Positions 8,054 to 19,033 of a stretch of DNA of 64,000 nucleotides are shown one piece after another; the first letter of the stretch is position 1; each line of letters opens with the position of its first letter. The notes under the pieces were generated by a model that was given only the letters and a program-made list of their open reading frames with translations, had not been told where the DNA came from and did not search any database. The position numbers were made by a program, and so were the translations under genes. The DNA comes from a virus (Duplodnaviria; Caudoviricetes), in the IMG/VR virus record IMGVR_UViG_3300025362_000477. The stretch is one strand, 5' to 3'.

Positions 8054-9361
8054 CTATAAGTATTGTATGTATTTAGTAGTCCAAATAAAATTTGATAAAT
8101 CAGCAAGGTTAATTTCTAATTTAGCTTTCTGAATCATCAATTCATCTGTGTCCGTTTTAATCTTTAATATTCGACTCAATGTGTATTTATCAAACAATTC
8201 TTTAATTATTTTAGTTGGAATTTCAGTGTCCGTATGCAATCCCTCTATAACAATATCAGAATCATTAGGATTAGATCTCAACCATTTAGGAAGATGAACT
8301 TTCAATCTAGCAATTAAAGCTAATTCATCTATATGGTCTTGTAATTTCTTAATATTAGATCTTAAAACAACCTCCACGATCTCTTTATAATTGTTATATA
8401 CATTCAATAACATATTATCAATTGAGGACAAAACTACATTACCTTCTAAATCACACATATTACACTCAAAAGTATATGATCCTGTTAAATTAGCATTTAT
8501 TTTTTTAGCCAAATTATCTAATGTGAGAGATCTCTTCAAACTAACAAATCGAACTGATGTTTCACTTGATGATTCATCAATAAACCCAATGGTCTTATTA
8601 ACTTGAATATCTTTTTCTAATTTTTTTAAAATAGTAATAAAACTTTTACTTGGCGGTATTGCAGTAACGACGATACTTTTTGATGTATAATCAATTGTTG
8701 CCACTCCTCGATAATCTATTTTAGCTTTTCCAGTTGTTAGCAATTCTTGAAAATCAACCTTCTTGCTAATATAAGTACAATCAGTAATCGGTTTAATAAC
8801 TGGTTCCTTTTCAGTGTAACCAAGAAGCCAACTCAGACGTTTTACCAAATCCCGAATTGAATATGATGGGATTATTGTTCTACTACCAAAACCAATTCCT
8901 TGGCAATAATTCTTATTGATGAGGCATAGTGGTAATTTAGTAGGAAGAAATAGAGGTTCTTCATCTAATTCTAATTTTTCTTTCTTGACATATTTTATAT
9001 ACTCGAATGCCATATCCAATATGGACTTATCACAACGAGCTTCAGTATATCGCATAGCTGCTTGAGATTCTGATACTATTCCACTACTACATCCCCAGTT
9101 ACCTTGACCCATAGCCATATCACCATTAACTAATGCAGCAAGTGAACCATAAGCACTCTGATCTCCATGAGGGTGATAGTTACCAATACAATGACCAATA
9201 ACTTTAGCTGATTTTGTATAATTCTCCCTTGCAACTTCATAAAGAGAATATAATAATCTTCTCTCTACTATTTTCAATCCATCATATGTCAAAGGGAAAG
9301 CTCGAAATTTATTTACATATTTACCATATACTCGGTATAAATCAGATATCTGTTCCTTCAT
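8054..9361 (-). CDS. gyrA: Type IIA topoisomerase subunit A (short, no C-terminal pinwheel; T4 gp52-like)
   Basis: GLKIVERR, YHPHGDQS and AAMRYTEAR (catalytic Tyr) motifs; only 435 aa. Confidence 0.93.
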   Translation of the reverse strand: MKEQISDLYRVYGKYVNKFRAFPLTYDGLKIVERRLLYSLYEVARENYTKSAKVIGHCIGNYHPHGDQSAYGSLAALVNGDMAMGQGNWGCSSGIVSESQAAMRYTEARCDKSILDMAFEYIKYVKKEKLELDEEPLFLPTKLPLCLINKNYCQGIGFGSRTIIPSYSIRDLVKRLSWLLGYTEKEPVIKPITDCTYISKKVDFQELLTTGKAKIDYRGVATIDYTSKSIVVTAIPPSKSFITILKKLEKDIQVNKTIGFIDESSSETSVRFVSLKRSLTLDNLAKKINANLTGSYTFECNMCDLEGNVVLSSIDNMLLNVYNNYKEIVEVVLRSNIKKLQDHIDELALIARLKVHLPKWLRSNPNDSDIVIEGLHTDTEIPTKIIKELFDKYTLSRILKIKTDTDELMIQKAKLEINLADLSNFIWTTKYIQYL

Positions 9362-9440
9362 ATTATTCCTTCAAAATTCTATTATTTAAATTATCATAAC
9401 ATATACAATAATATAACTCCTTTTATTTTATTCAGAAAGT

Positions 9441-10289
9441 CTAAAAAAGACTTCTTAAATAATTTCGAATAAAAGCAGGTTTTGGTTTATCTTTTGATAA
9501 TTTACTAATCTCATTCTGTATATTATCACTATCACTATTAGCAGATTTTAATATTTTTATTTCAATATGTTCAAATGCCCCAGGATTCTTTACTTCTTGT
9601 TTAGCAATTTCAAGAGCTATTTTTGATTTCTCTTGTTTCTTAATATATTTATTTATTTTATATAAAGCACTCTCATAATCATCCCAATAACCATACTGGA
9701 TTGCTAAATCTGAATATGACCATTTATATAACCCCTTATATGGATTACCGATGACATCAACATATAATATATAAGTTAATAAATAAACACGACTCATTGT
9801 CTTCCAATCAGATACAACTCCTCTTTTCTTAAGTAATTTTCCAAAAATACAAAATAATCTTTTTAATTCTTTTGGGTTCTTTGGGTTCTTTGTAAAATGA
9901 TCATATAAGATTTTTATTTTCTCTTCGCCATGACCAATTTCATGAAGTAATAAACCAATCAATTCTTCTCGATTTAATAATTTTATAACCCCCTGAGAAA
10001 TCCATAAAACCTTTTTAGCATTAAATGAGAATACTCTATTATCAAAAAGAACTCGAACAGTCATATTTTCACCAACTATCGATGATATTTCTCTTGATAG
10101 ATCACGATCAATATTTGACTTTTTAATCATTGAATTGACTGATGCTTTTATAGTTGCCATCAGTATCACCTCAACAACAGTACTAGCTATCACATCCCGA
10201 GGTCTGGTCATATTATCCCATTCAAACTCATACAATATAGAATTCACAGATTTAGAAATTACATTTCTCCCAAGAATTCTATCTGACAT
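9441..10289 (-). CDS. M48/zincin-like metalloprotease, paralog 2
   Basis: LNREELIGLLLHEIGH motif; downstream motifs are degenerate. Confidence 0.6.
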   Translation of the reverse strand: MSDRILGRNVISKSVNSILYEFEWDNMTRPRDVIASTVVEVILMATIKASVNSMIKKSNIDRDLSREISSIVGENMTVRVLFDNRVFSFNAKKVLWISQGVIKLLNREELIGLLLHEIGHGEEKIKILYDHFTKNPKNPKELKRLFCIFGKLLKKRGVVSDWKTMSRVYLLTYILYVDVIGNPYKGLYKWSYSDLAIQYGYWDDYESALYKINKYIKKQEKSKIALEIAKQEVKNPGAFEHIEIKILKSANSDSDNIQNEISKLSKDKPKPAFIRNYLRSLF

Positions 10290-10370
10290 TATTATATCCT
10301 ACCTTTCCTTCTTTCTTTATTAATCTTTTTCATAGTTAATTTATATCTCATCTTTTCTAATATGGATGGT

Positions 10371-11270
10371 TTATCCAGATCTGGAATCGATGTGTTTATC
10401 GGCCCTTTTCCTGAATTCTTCATTATTTCTGTATTCATTTGCTTGCCTAATTCTGTTATTCATAGATGGATAAGATCCATTTCCATGACTCTCATCTTCA
10501 ATTCTATTATGATATTCAATTGCACGTTTAGTAGCTTCATCAGATTTTTGAATCCACCAATTCGCTACACTTTTATCTCGAACCTTACTCATTTTCCGAA
10601 AAGCATTACTTAATTGTAAACCAAATCCTGCTTTAATAGAAAATAAATCACTATCATATTCTTCATACCTTTGTAAGTAAATACCAAGCGCAGTTAAAAA
10701 ATAAGCTATAGTATATGGTCGACCTTCTCGTTCATAGAATTCTCTCATCTGAAAAGGAATAGATTGAGCTGTATGATGCCAATGACCAATCTCATGTAAA
10801 TAAACAGCAAGACGCTCTTCTGGTTCTAATTCAGTTAATGCACCTTTAGATACGAATATAATAAATTTACATTTGTTAGCTGGAAAAATAGCAGTATTCG
10901 GTCTTGGTCCCGGTTTAACACCACCAATATTCAATTTCATTAAAGCAGGTATACTATAAGAAACCCAATATGCCCATCCATACATATCCATTCGTTTTTT
11001 ATCACTCATACTTTGAATGCCAGGCATTGTAAATATATCAATTTCCCAACTTGAACTTAAACGAACCTCAACATCAATATTCTTAAATGATTTTTTTATC
11101 AGCTTTTCTTCAGATGGAAATCGAGGACATTTTTCAAGGAAGATAATTTCTTTCTTACCTTTCATGTGATTCTTTAAAGTCTTCCACCAACTTTTATATT
11201 CAGCTTCAAATTCAAGGAATTCTCCCCTCGATTCATTTAATAAATTATTGATAATCTGAAATCCGTCCAT
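10371..11270 (-). CDS. M48 (HtpX-like) zinc metalloprotease, paralog 1
   Basis: LEPEERLAVYLHEIGH, EYDSD and SYPSMNNRI motifs. Confidence 0.75.
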   Translation of the reverse strand: MDGFQIINNLLNESRGEFLEFEAEYKSWWKTLKNHMKGKKEIIFLEKCPRFPSEEKLIKKSFKNIDVEVRLSSSWEIDIFTMPGIQSMSDKKRMDMYGWAYWVSYSIPALMKLNIGGVKPGPRPNTAIFPANKCKFIIFVSKGALTELEPEERLAVYLHEIGHWHHTAQSIPFQMREFYEREGRPYTIAYFLTALGIYLQRYEEYDSDLFSIKAGFGLQLSNAFRKMSKVRDKSVANWWIQKSDEATKRAIEYHNRIEDESHGNGSYPSMNNRIRQANEYRNNEEFRKRADKHIDSRSG

Positions 11271-11303
11271 GATAAAATCCTCATTATTTTAATTTATTCT
11301 AAC

Positions 11304-11762
11304 TTAAATAAGATCTCGTTTGAGTTCAGCACTTGTCATCAATTTAAAGATATCTCCTGGATTTGTAGGATATTTAATCAATTCCAATCTTCGTGTATCT
11401 TTATCTAAAAGACATACCTTTAATTGATCTGGATTCATTTCCCCCAACCCTTTATATCTCTGAATTTTCTGATTTGGATTAGTTATTTTAAATTTCTCAA
11501 GATCTTCATCTGTAAATAATGGTATAAACTTCTTCTTGACCGTCGCACCATACAATGGCATGATCGCTCTATATATATGTTTCTGTTCTCTGAGTAATGC
11601 CGGAACTAATTTCAAAGCCATAACCATTAACAATGCAGTAATATGACTATTATGTATAACACAACCAGAATTAGCCAAAACAAAATTACCAGTACCAGTT
11701 GTTAAATCACAAAATAATTCATCTTCATCAGATTTTCGTTCTATTATTATTTTAACTTTCAT
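11304..11762 (-). CDS. gyrB: Topoisomerase B C-terminal fragment preceded by a split-intein C half
   Basis: 38-aa IntC ending VIHN, then SHI...RYKGLGEMN; own AAAAGGA RBS. Confidence 0.92.
   Translation of the reverse strand: MKVKIIIERKSDEDELFCDLTTGTGNFVLANSGCVIHNSHITALLMVMALKLVPALLREQKHIYRAIMPLYGATVKKKFIPLFTDEDLEKFKITNPNQKIQRYKGLGEMNPDQLKVCLLDKDTRRLELIKYPTNPGDIFKLMTSAELKRDLI
11649..11762 (-). mobile_element. Split intein C-terminal half (IntC) of GyrB
   Basis: CDLTTGTGNFVLANSGCVIHN|S matches intein blocks F/G, with Ser at +1. Confidence 0.9.
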
Positions 11763-11763
11763 A

Positions 11764-13359
11764 TTAAATCCTTTTTATGCGATATCTTTTTCCAATAAAT
11801 ATTGGTTTTATTTTTGGATCCGGAACAAATTGTAATATCTTTCGTTTTAAATTCAAAATAATTAATTTTGGATCAATCATCCATTCATTCATTTTTATTC
11901 TTATAATATTCAATCCAAATTCATTATAATCTTTATTCTTCTTTATATCTCGATCACAATATGTTTCATAATTATCAGTAAAATGATAACGTTCATCAAA
12001 TTCAATTACTAAATTATATTCTTCTATATAACCATCTGGAAAATAACCAATACACATAGGATTTCTTAAAATAAATATATCTAATTCTTTAGACAATGTA
12101 TCCAAACATGGACGTTCCATATTCCCAACAAATGGTGTTACAGGTTCCCCATTTAATATCTGATCATCTATTCTTGCAATTAAAGTTTCTCGTAAAAATT
12201 TTCGACCTTCAAATGATTGAGACCAATATTCAACTCCATATTTTTTCAAACATGTAAATTTAGATTTTTCTTTAAATTCTTCACTTTGAAATATATTTTC
12301 AACACCATATTTTTTTAAATTATATTTTTTTAAATAAATTTTAAATTCAGAAGTCTCAAAAATATTAGTTACTCCATAATTAGACCAAAATGTTTCAATT
12401 TTCTTATCTTTAACTGAATCTAATTGAGAAACATTTTGTACTCCAAGACTTCGACAAAAATGACCAAGACTCATATCTATAAAAGTATCACAATCACCAT
12501 AATGTTTTAATATAGATTCTAATTTTTTAATTTTCACATCATCTATCTGAGATATATTCTCTACTCCATATCGATCAATGCATGTGTTCATATGACGATC
12601 TTTAATATCATCATGTTGCATTGGATTATCAACACCATAATTCAATTGACATGTTTCAACTTTTTTATTTTTTACTGATTGTAATTGACTATAATTATCA
12701 ACACCATATAATCTTCGAGCTGATTTTTGAAACGTTTCACCTCTATATATTTCAGCGCATGAAAAACAATAATCATTAAAATAAATTTTCTTTTGTTTCA
12801 AAAACAAATCATAATTTATAGAAGCTTTAAACTTTCCACAATATTTACATATTGAAATTTGATTTAAATCTTCTTCATTTGTTATATATGAAAATAATGG
12901 AAGAATGTATTGTTCATTATAATTATAAAACAAAGGATGACTATTCTTCCACGTTTCTATTAATAAAGGAATTTCTGGTTTTTGAATGAATAAAAAATAA
13001 GTAGTTTTTTTAAATTCTTCAATACCATAAAATTCATCATATGATTGAAAGATATGATTGAATGGGAATTTTTTACATTTTCTATGTTTCATCCCATCAA
13101 TTTCATATTCTTTTTTCAAAGTGAATTTTTTAGGTTTATTACAATATGGACATAATTCAACATGATCAAGACAATGATATATCAAATATAATTTTTCATC
13201 TAAATCTCGACCAGTTGAATTATTATCATTTAACCAATTCTGAACGTCTACATCCTTCATTATAGTATGAACAGTAGCTAATAAACCTCGTTTCCTTTTA
13301 GATATGTATTGTTCATAAGTCTGAAAGAGTTTTTGAATTTTTAATGGTTTCGTTTGCAT
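11764..13359 (-). mobile_element. Homing endonuclease (YGVxN repeats plus Vsr/EDxHD-like domain) separating the gyrB halves
   Basis: Repeated C..KYGVEN.SQ units; C-terminal YFPDGYIEEYNLVIEFDERYH; own GGAG RBS; different frame from IntN. Confidence 0.8.
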
Positions 13360-13672
13360 CTATTATATTATCTCCATTATTTAATTCATCACATCGGATC
13401 CATCCTCTATTTTCAGTTAAAACTAGATGATCATGTGTTAATGTAAGAATAGAACCATCTTCCATTTCAACATCTAACCATTTTTTAAATATTTTATAAG
13501 GCCATATTTTTAAAATAGGAGTCCAAATATATTTCAAATCAATTTCATCATATCCTAAAATAAAAGAATCTTTAAATTGATCTACATTATCAATTATTTC
13601 TGAGAGATTAATCTTTTTAATTTGTTCTTTTTTAGTTTGAACATATACGAGTGTATGATTTCGAGGTACGCA
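13313..13672 (-). mobile_element. Split intein N-terminal half (IntN, 119 aa) of GyrB
   Basis: Starts CVPRNH (block A); LTLTHDHLV (block B TxxH); GWIRCDELNNGDNI end motif; then a stop codon. Confidence 0.9.
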
Positions 13673-15154
13673 ACCATCAGCATCAGCATCTGTAGCGAAC
13701 ATAATTTTTCCATACCTTAATGTTTCCAAATTAAAATCAGGTTCAATCCCAGTTCCTAAAGCATTAATAATTTCCACAATTTCCTTATTCTTAAGAAAAT
13801 CTTTTTTGGTCCCAGCCAAATTAGGAATCTTACCTTTCAAACCCAAAAGAGCATGAATCTTCGGATCTCTACATTGAACCAATCCCCCGGCAGCAGATGC
13901 TCCCTCAGTAATAAACAATTCACTTCTAGCAACATCATGTGAAGTACAATCTTTTAATTTTGAATCTATTATTTGATTAAATCTAGATACATTCTTACTA
14001 CCCTTTATAATATTTTTATTAACAGATAAACTTTTTCTATACCCTTCAAAAAAACCTAGAATCTGTGTTTTTACTGATGGATATTTATCAATCATAGCTT
14101 CAATTTGATCTTCTAAACCATTAAACAAATGATCCATTTTAGCTTTAGATGTAGATAATTTTTCTTTAGTCTGACTTGAATATTCAGGTGTGTATAACGA
14201 CACACTAGTAAATACTCGAAACCCAACCAAACAATCTTGAGGAGTAAAATTTAACTTTTCTTTTTTAGCATAAGCTGTAAATACATTTTTGAATGCAATA
14301 TACACTTTATTGATATGTGTTCCCTGATTCACAGGTAATATATTCACACTTCCTAAATGTCGTGGACTTGATGGTACTGAACAATCCCATGCAAACTTCA
14401 CTAATATTTCTTCATCTTTAACTTTAGTTTTAGCTATAAAGATAGGAGTAACATCCGTTGTTTTATTTTTCAATAATGTTCGTTTAAAGAAATCATCAAC
14501 GTTACAGTTAATTATCTCTTTCTCTCCATTATTCATTAAAATCAATTTTAATTTAGGAATATGTACAGATGCAATCTCCAACCTATCTCGAATAGGACCA
14601 ATATCCATATCAAGAGTTTCAAAATACTTCTGAGAAGGCTTAAATGAGATTTGACTTGAGAATGGTGGAATTTCTTTATAATCAGTAATCTCTTCTTTAG
14701 CTAGAACAGTGTTTTCAAATCTATAAAAAGCTCTTTTTTTATCTCTATACACTATGATCTCAACCCAATCACTTAGTGCAGTTACGGCTACTAGTCCAAT
14801 ACCATGTAGACCAGCAGCAATCCCATATGCGGACCCCTCAGACCCCTTTGAGAATTTACCACCACTAAATAACTTCGTTGCAATTGTCGGTATAACATTC
14901 CCAGTTATAGGAATACCCCGTCCATTATCAGAAACAGTAAAAACATGCTTAGCATTATCTACAAACACCCCTATCAAATCAGCATGACCAGCATTCGCTT
15001 CATCTAATGCATTATCAAATACTTCATAAATTAAATGGTTTGGAGTTTCAGTTTCTCCAACGTACATCGCTGGGTTTAATCGAAGGTGCTCAATCTCACT
15101 AAGAGTCTGTATTTGATTGTGGTCATAGTCCGATTTTTTGATGTCTTCTGTCAT
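13313..15154 (-). CDS. gyrB: Topoisomerase B N-terminal fragment fused to a split-intein N half
   Basis: EVFDNALDE, DNGRGIP, GLHGIG (GHKL ATPase), ITEGASA and LKGKIPN motifs; TDADADG is followed by the intein Cys1. Confidence 0.93.
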   Translation of the reverse strand: MTEDIKKSDYDHNQIQTLSEIEHLRLNPAMYVGETETPNHLIYEVFDNALDEANAGHADLIGVFVDNAKHVFTVSDNGRGIPITGNVIPTIATKLFSGGKFSKGSEGSAYGIAAGLHGIGLVAVTALSDWVEIIVYRDKKRAFYRFENTVLAKEEITDYKEIPPFSSQISFKPSQKYFETLDMDIGPIRDRLEIASVHIPKLKLILMNNGEKEIINCNVDDFFKRTLLKNKTTDVTPIFIAKTKVKDEEILVKFAWDCSVPSSPRHLGSVNILPVNQGTHINKVYIAFKNVFTAYAKKEKLNFTPQDCLVGFRVFTSVSLYTPEYSSQTKEKLSTSKAKMDHLFNGLEDQIEAMIDKYPSVKTQILGFFEGYRKSLSVNKNIIKGSKNVSRFNQIIDSKLKDCTSHDVARSELFITEGASAAGGLVQCRDPKIHALLGLKGKIPNLAGTKKDFLKNKEIVEIINALGTGIEPDFNLETLRYGKIMFATDADADGCVPRNHTLVYVQTKKEQIKKINLSEIIDNVDQFKDSFILGYDEIDLKYIWTPILKIWPYKIFKKWLDVEMEDGSILTLTHDHLVLTENRGWIRCDELNNGDNIIDANETIKNSKTLSDL

Positions 15155-16019
15155 ATTCAGTCCTTTTTATTATTTCTGATAATTCCTTCAAACTAGGAAT
15201 TCGATCTATAAATCTATATATGACCCACCCCATCTTAGTTAAATTCATATCTCTAATATCATCTAATTCTTTATTCTGATGCCAATAAGATCCGTCATAT
15301 TCCAAATTCAATTTCAATGAAGGGATAGCAATATCTAATAAAATATTCAATTCCCAAATGGGATGATTCATAACAGAATCATCTCGGATATCACAAACCA
15401 ATCCAAAGAATTCAATTTGAGGTTTAGATGGATTTTTATTACCAAGTAATGCTTTTATAGCACCACCCTCAAGCATATATTTTCTCTGATTCTCAGCTAA
15501 TTTTGGATTTTTTCGAAATGATTCTTTTACTTTTTTTGATAGATTTTTTCGATATACTGGATCTGATGTAGTTTCTTTAACTTTTTTTCTTATTAATTCA
15601 ATTAATTTCATATCGGTTTTCTGCGGAAGATACTTTATATAACATTTAGAACAATATTTTATACTATAATGAGATGTCTTGGATCCACAATCAAGACACT
15701 GTCCTTTATTATTAATTGTTCTCATGGGAAAATTATCTTCATCTCCATACTTATCAATATAATACCTATAACAATCAGGAGAATATCGATTCAAGTGCAT
15801 AGTTAAATTTTTAAATCTTCTCGAACAACACTCACATTGAATATGATTAATTCCTAATTTAGTCTTCGAATATTTCCTAGTTGGGAAATCACTCTCATGT
15901 TTATACTCATCAATATAATATTGATAACATTCTGATTTATGTTTTTTACCAGTCATCAAATGCATCTGTAATGCAAAATCTCTATGAAATTCTTTATGGC
16001 ATTTTTCACAACATATCAT
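15123..16019 (-). mobile_element. Putative free-standing homing endonuclease (Zn fingers plus Vsr/DUF559-like domain)
   Basis: C2H2-like fingers; SKPQIEF..LDIAIP..LEYDGSYWH..D..RD motif; overlaps the gyrB start. Confidence 0.72.
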
Positions 16020-16089
16020 AAAATTAATCCTTTTAATTTTATTCTGAATACAATCAAATATGTTTAAGTTCTCCTTTTATATTAAAATG

Positions 16090-16118
16090 CCCGTCTCACA
16101 TTCATAATGTGAGACGGG
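16090..16118 (-). terminator. Intrinsic terminator-like hairpin
   Basis: CCCGTCTCACATT/AATGTGAGACGGG 13-bp perfect stem followed by a T-rich tract on the minus strand. Confidence 0.75.
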
Positions 16119-16145
16119 ACTTGTAACCTAAGGAAGGTCGATTAT

Positions 16146-17009
16146 TTAAATACCCAAATCAAAATCATCATCTGTAACAATATCTGATTCAGGAACTGGG
16201 TCTGGTGCTTCAGTAAATGTCGGAGCATCAGAATCTACTGATGTTGAAACTGATGATGCAGTCCCACCACGAACAAATGCTGTTTTATCAAACTGCTTCT
16301 CAAACTCTGGAAGTAATCCCATTGCGCTATCCATAACTTTTCCAACAACCTTATCTGGTAATTGAGTTGCCACTGCAAAATCAAATACCATTTTATCGCC
16401 ATGCTTTGATGGGGCTATACCTTTCATAACCTTACAAATAAACCTACGCGGATATACAACAGTTCTTTCGAATTCAGGACTATCACTCAAAGGTGGAAGA
16501 TCCTTAGCTTTATCCGAAATATGATCAATGAATTTCATAGCACCATTAAATTTCATACCACCGCATGAAAAATAACATAAAACTGGATCACCAACTTTAA
16601 TACCAGCATCTTCAATATCAATTTCATGTTTCATAGCCTGACCATTTTTATCTAATAAAAGACCAGCAATAATATAAGAATATTTGCAATCATCATCAAG
16701 TTTCGGAATATCATCCGCCCATCCAAAAGCAACAAGTTTTGAATATTTTTCATTTTTCTGATTCAAAGACTCAGTATACTTTGTCCAAATACGTTTAATA
16801 AAATAAGGAATGAATAATACTTCTGATTCATTCTGTTTTAAATATATTCCTTTGTCTAAATCAGACATAACCTGAAACTTGCCGATTTCCTGTCCTTCCC
16901 GAGAAGCACCAGTAATAAACACTGAATGAAATTTTCCAGGTGTTCGGCGCTGCTGAGAAGATGAAACATCTCCAAGTTTCCCATACTGTGATGCATTAAG
17001 TAATGCCAT
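16146..17009 (-). CDS. Putative single-stranded DNA-binding protein
   Basis: Likely start MALLNAS (GGAG RBS); flexible acidic tail ending DDDFDLGI; replication context; followed by a terminator. Confidence 0.45.
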   Translation of the reverse strand: MALLNASQYGKLGDVSSSQQRRTPGKFHSVFITGASREGQEIGKFQVMSDLDKGIYLKQNESEVLFIPYFIKRIWTKYTESLNQKNEKYSKLVAFGWADDIPKLDDDCKYSYIIAGLLLDKNGQAMKHEIDIEDAGIKVGDPVLCYFSCGGMKFNGAMKFIDHISDKAKDLPPLSDSPEFERTVVYPRRFICKVMKGIAPSKHGDKMVFDFAVATQLPDKVVGKVMDSAMGLLPEFEKQFDKTAFVRGGTASSVSTSVDSDAPTFTEAPDPVPESDIVTDDDFDLGI

Positions 17010-17168
17010 ATGTGTATTTCTCCATATAATATAATTTTTTATCTCAACAAAAAAGAATGAATTGAGACAATATAACCTATGTAATTTAATCATTACAATC
17101 CAAATTGTTAGGTTCAGACGTAATGATTCAAGACTATTTAAATATAAAAATTAAGTAATGTTTCTCTG

Positions 17169-17192
17169 CTATTCATATATAAATATATATAG
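17169..17192. promoter_or_regulatory. 24-nt AT-rich motif CTATTCATA...TATATATAG (copy 1)
   Basis: A same-length, near-identical copy lies at 30696-30719; both are intergenic. Confidence 0.3.
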
Positions 17193-17207
17193 CAATAAAC
17201 TTTTATT

Positions 17208-17441
17208 TTAACCGTCTATACTGATGAATGGTTTGGCGTTAAAATCCAAAGTAATGTTCGTAGCAGTAGAATTCATTAACATACTAGAAGCTGCTTTAAC
17301 CTCAGCAGTAACAGCACATAAAATCCTCAACTCACCACCATCTTTAAATCTAAAATACATCCCATCTGAAGTATCCTGGATAGCCATAAAATCATTATTA
17401 GGCATCTGAAATATCTTTCCATCTTTCTTAATTGTAATCAT
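17208..17441 (-). CDS. Hypothetical protein
   Basis: ORF coupled to the upstream stop codon. Confidence 0.65.
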   Translation of the reverse strand: MITIKKDGKIFQMPNNDFMAIQDTSDGMYFRFKDGGELRILCAVTAEVKAASSMLMNSTATNITLDFNAKPFISIDG

Positions 17442-18073
17442 TATTCTTCCTTTTTATTTAATACGAGTTGTCTAGATACAACCCCAGTAATATCCTTACC
17501 TATCCAAATCATAATTGTCCTTTCACCTTGAGTCCTAGTACAGAATTCAAAGTGATATCGAATCAATGAATGAATATTGTCATCATTTAATATTTTTTCT
17601 TGTGTTTTAAAATATCCTTCTTTTACCTTATTTGAGATCAATTTTGGACTTTTTAAAAGCGGTATATCAATGTATGGCATATACAAAACAATATATTCCA
17701 TCCATTCATCATATACAAAAAAGTGAATTAATTTAATAACTCCATCCAAATCATTCTCTAATATATTATCAGTATTAATATAATCTATCAAAATATCTAC
17801 AGGGTATATTTCCGCCAACCTATGCAAACATATCGTTAAAAATAACCTAGTATCATCAAGTTCTAATTCATTTAATATATCTTCCCAATAAAGATCAAAT
17901 TCTTGAAATCCTTTTATTTTACCAATAGCTTGTACTAATGCGTTTTTTCGATATTGTAAATACTGCTTTTCATTAACATCGCTCTGATCAGTTTCAGTTT
18001 CATCAAATGGTGAAACAATTTCTGATAACATTTTATCTAGACTGTCCATAATATTATACCTCTCATAATTCAA
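17441..18073 (-). CDS. Hypothetical protein
   Basis: ORF in the operon; no recognised motif. Confidence 0.65.
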   Translation of the reverse strand: MNYERYNIMDSLDKMLSEIVSPFDETETDQSDVNEKQYLQYRKNALVQAIGKIKGFQEFDLYWEDILNELELDDTRLFLTICLHRLAEIYPVDILIDYINTDNILENDLDGVIKLIHFFVYDEWMEYIVLYMPYIDIPLLKSPKLISNKVKEGYFKTQEKILNDDNIHSLIRYHFEFCTRTQGERTIMIWIGKDITGVVSRQLVLNKKEE

Positions 18074-19031
18074 TACTCTCTATTAATGATAAAAATCGAT
18101 TCTTTATTATTTCGGGATTTTCTTCCCATTCTAGTTGGGGAACACGAAAAATATTCAAATTATGTTTTGTGTAAGTTTGATCTTTTATATGATCATGGGT
18201 TTTATGCTTATCATGTTTATGCCATGGTTCATCAAACTCGATAACTAAACTCAATTCTTTAATATAACCATCTGGAAAAAATCCAAACATTCGATCTGGT
18301 CGAATAATTAAATAATCAGTATATAATTGTAACCATTTAAAGAATGATGGTTCATTCTTCCCAATATAAGGAGATAATGGTTCACCATTTGTTTTACATT
18401 CTTCTAAATAATCAATCATATTATTCCGAAATATCTCTCTACATTCCAGTGTTTGAGATATATTTTCAACACCATATTTCTCCAAACAAGTTTTTCTCTT
18501 TTTTTTATTCACTTGTTCCATCATTCCAGGAATCAACATAGGATGATCCACACCATAGTTTTTCATTAAGGTATTAACTTTTTTATCTTTCACTTCATCC
18601 AATTGAGATACATTTTCAACACCATATTTTTCTAAACATGTGTGTTTATATTTATCCCGTATATTCTTTGTCTGATAATGATGATCTACTCCATATCTTT
18701 CACGATAAGTAGAAATTTTCCTTTGTTGAATCACCGAACTTTTAGACGCATTATCCACTCCATAATTTTTCATCAAAGTTTCTTTTCTTTTTCTAATCGT
18801 GGATGGATTTAGATTAATACATGCCATAGAACATGATTGAGTATAACCATTAGTTAAACTAACAAACTTATTTGGATTTCCACATGCTCCACATATATCT
18901 TCACCTTCTTTTTTGAGATATTTATCATAATATTCTTTTAATGAAATATCATGTTCTTCATCATTCTTATTGTTTATATGATTGCCCAATGAATGACCTT
19001 TACACTCTTTTCCGCATATTTCACATTTCAT
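18063..19031 (-). mobile_element. Homing endonuclease, YGVxN-repeat/EDxHD-like family
   Basis: KCEICGK..H N-terminus, YGVDN repeats, FFPDGYIKELSLVIEFDEPWH; 2 nt downstream of rpoB. Confidence 0.78.
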
Positions 19032-19033
19032 AA

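Noticed and set aside
13313-13359. Programmed frameshift making a contiguous intein with an internal endonuclease in gyrB
   Set aside because: Two separate frame breaks would be needed. Both the endonuclease and IntC ORFs have their own RBS and ATG, and no slippery heptamer is evident, so a split intein is more parsimonious.
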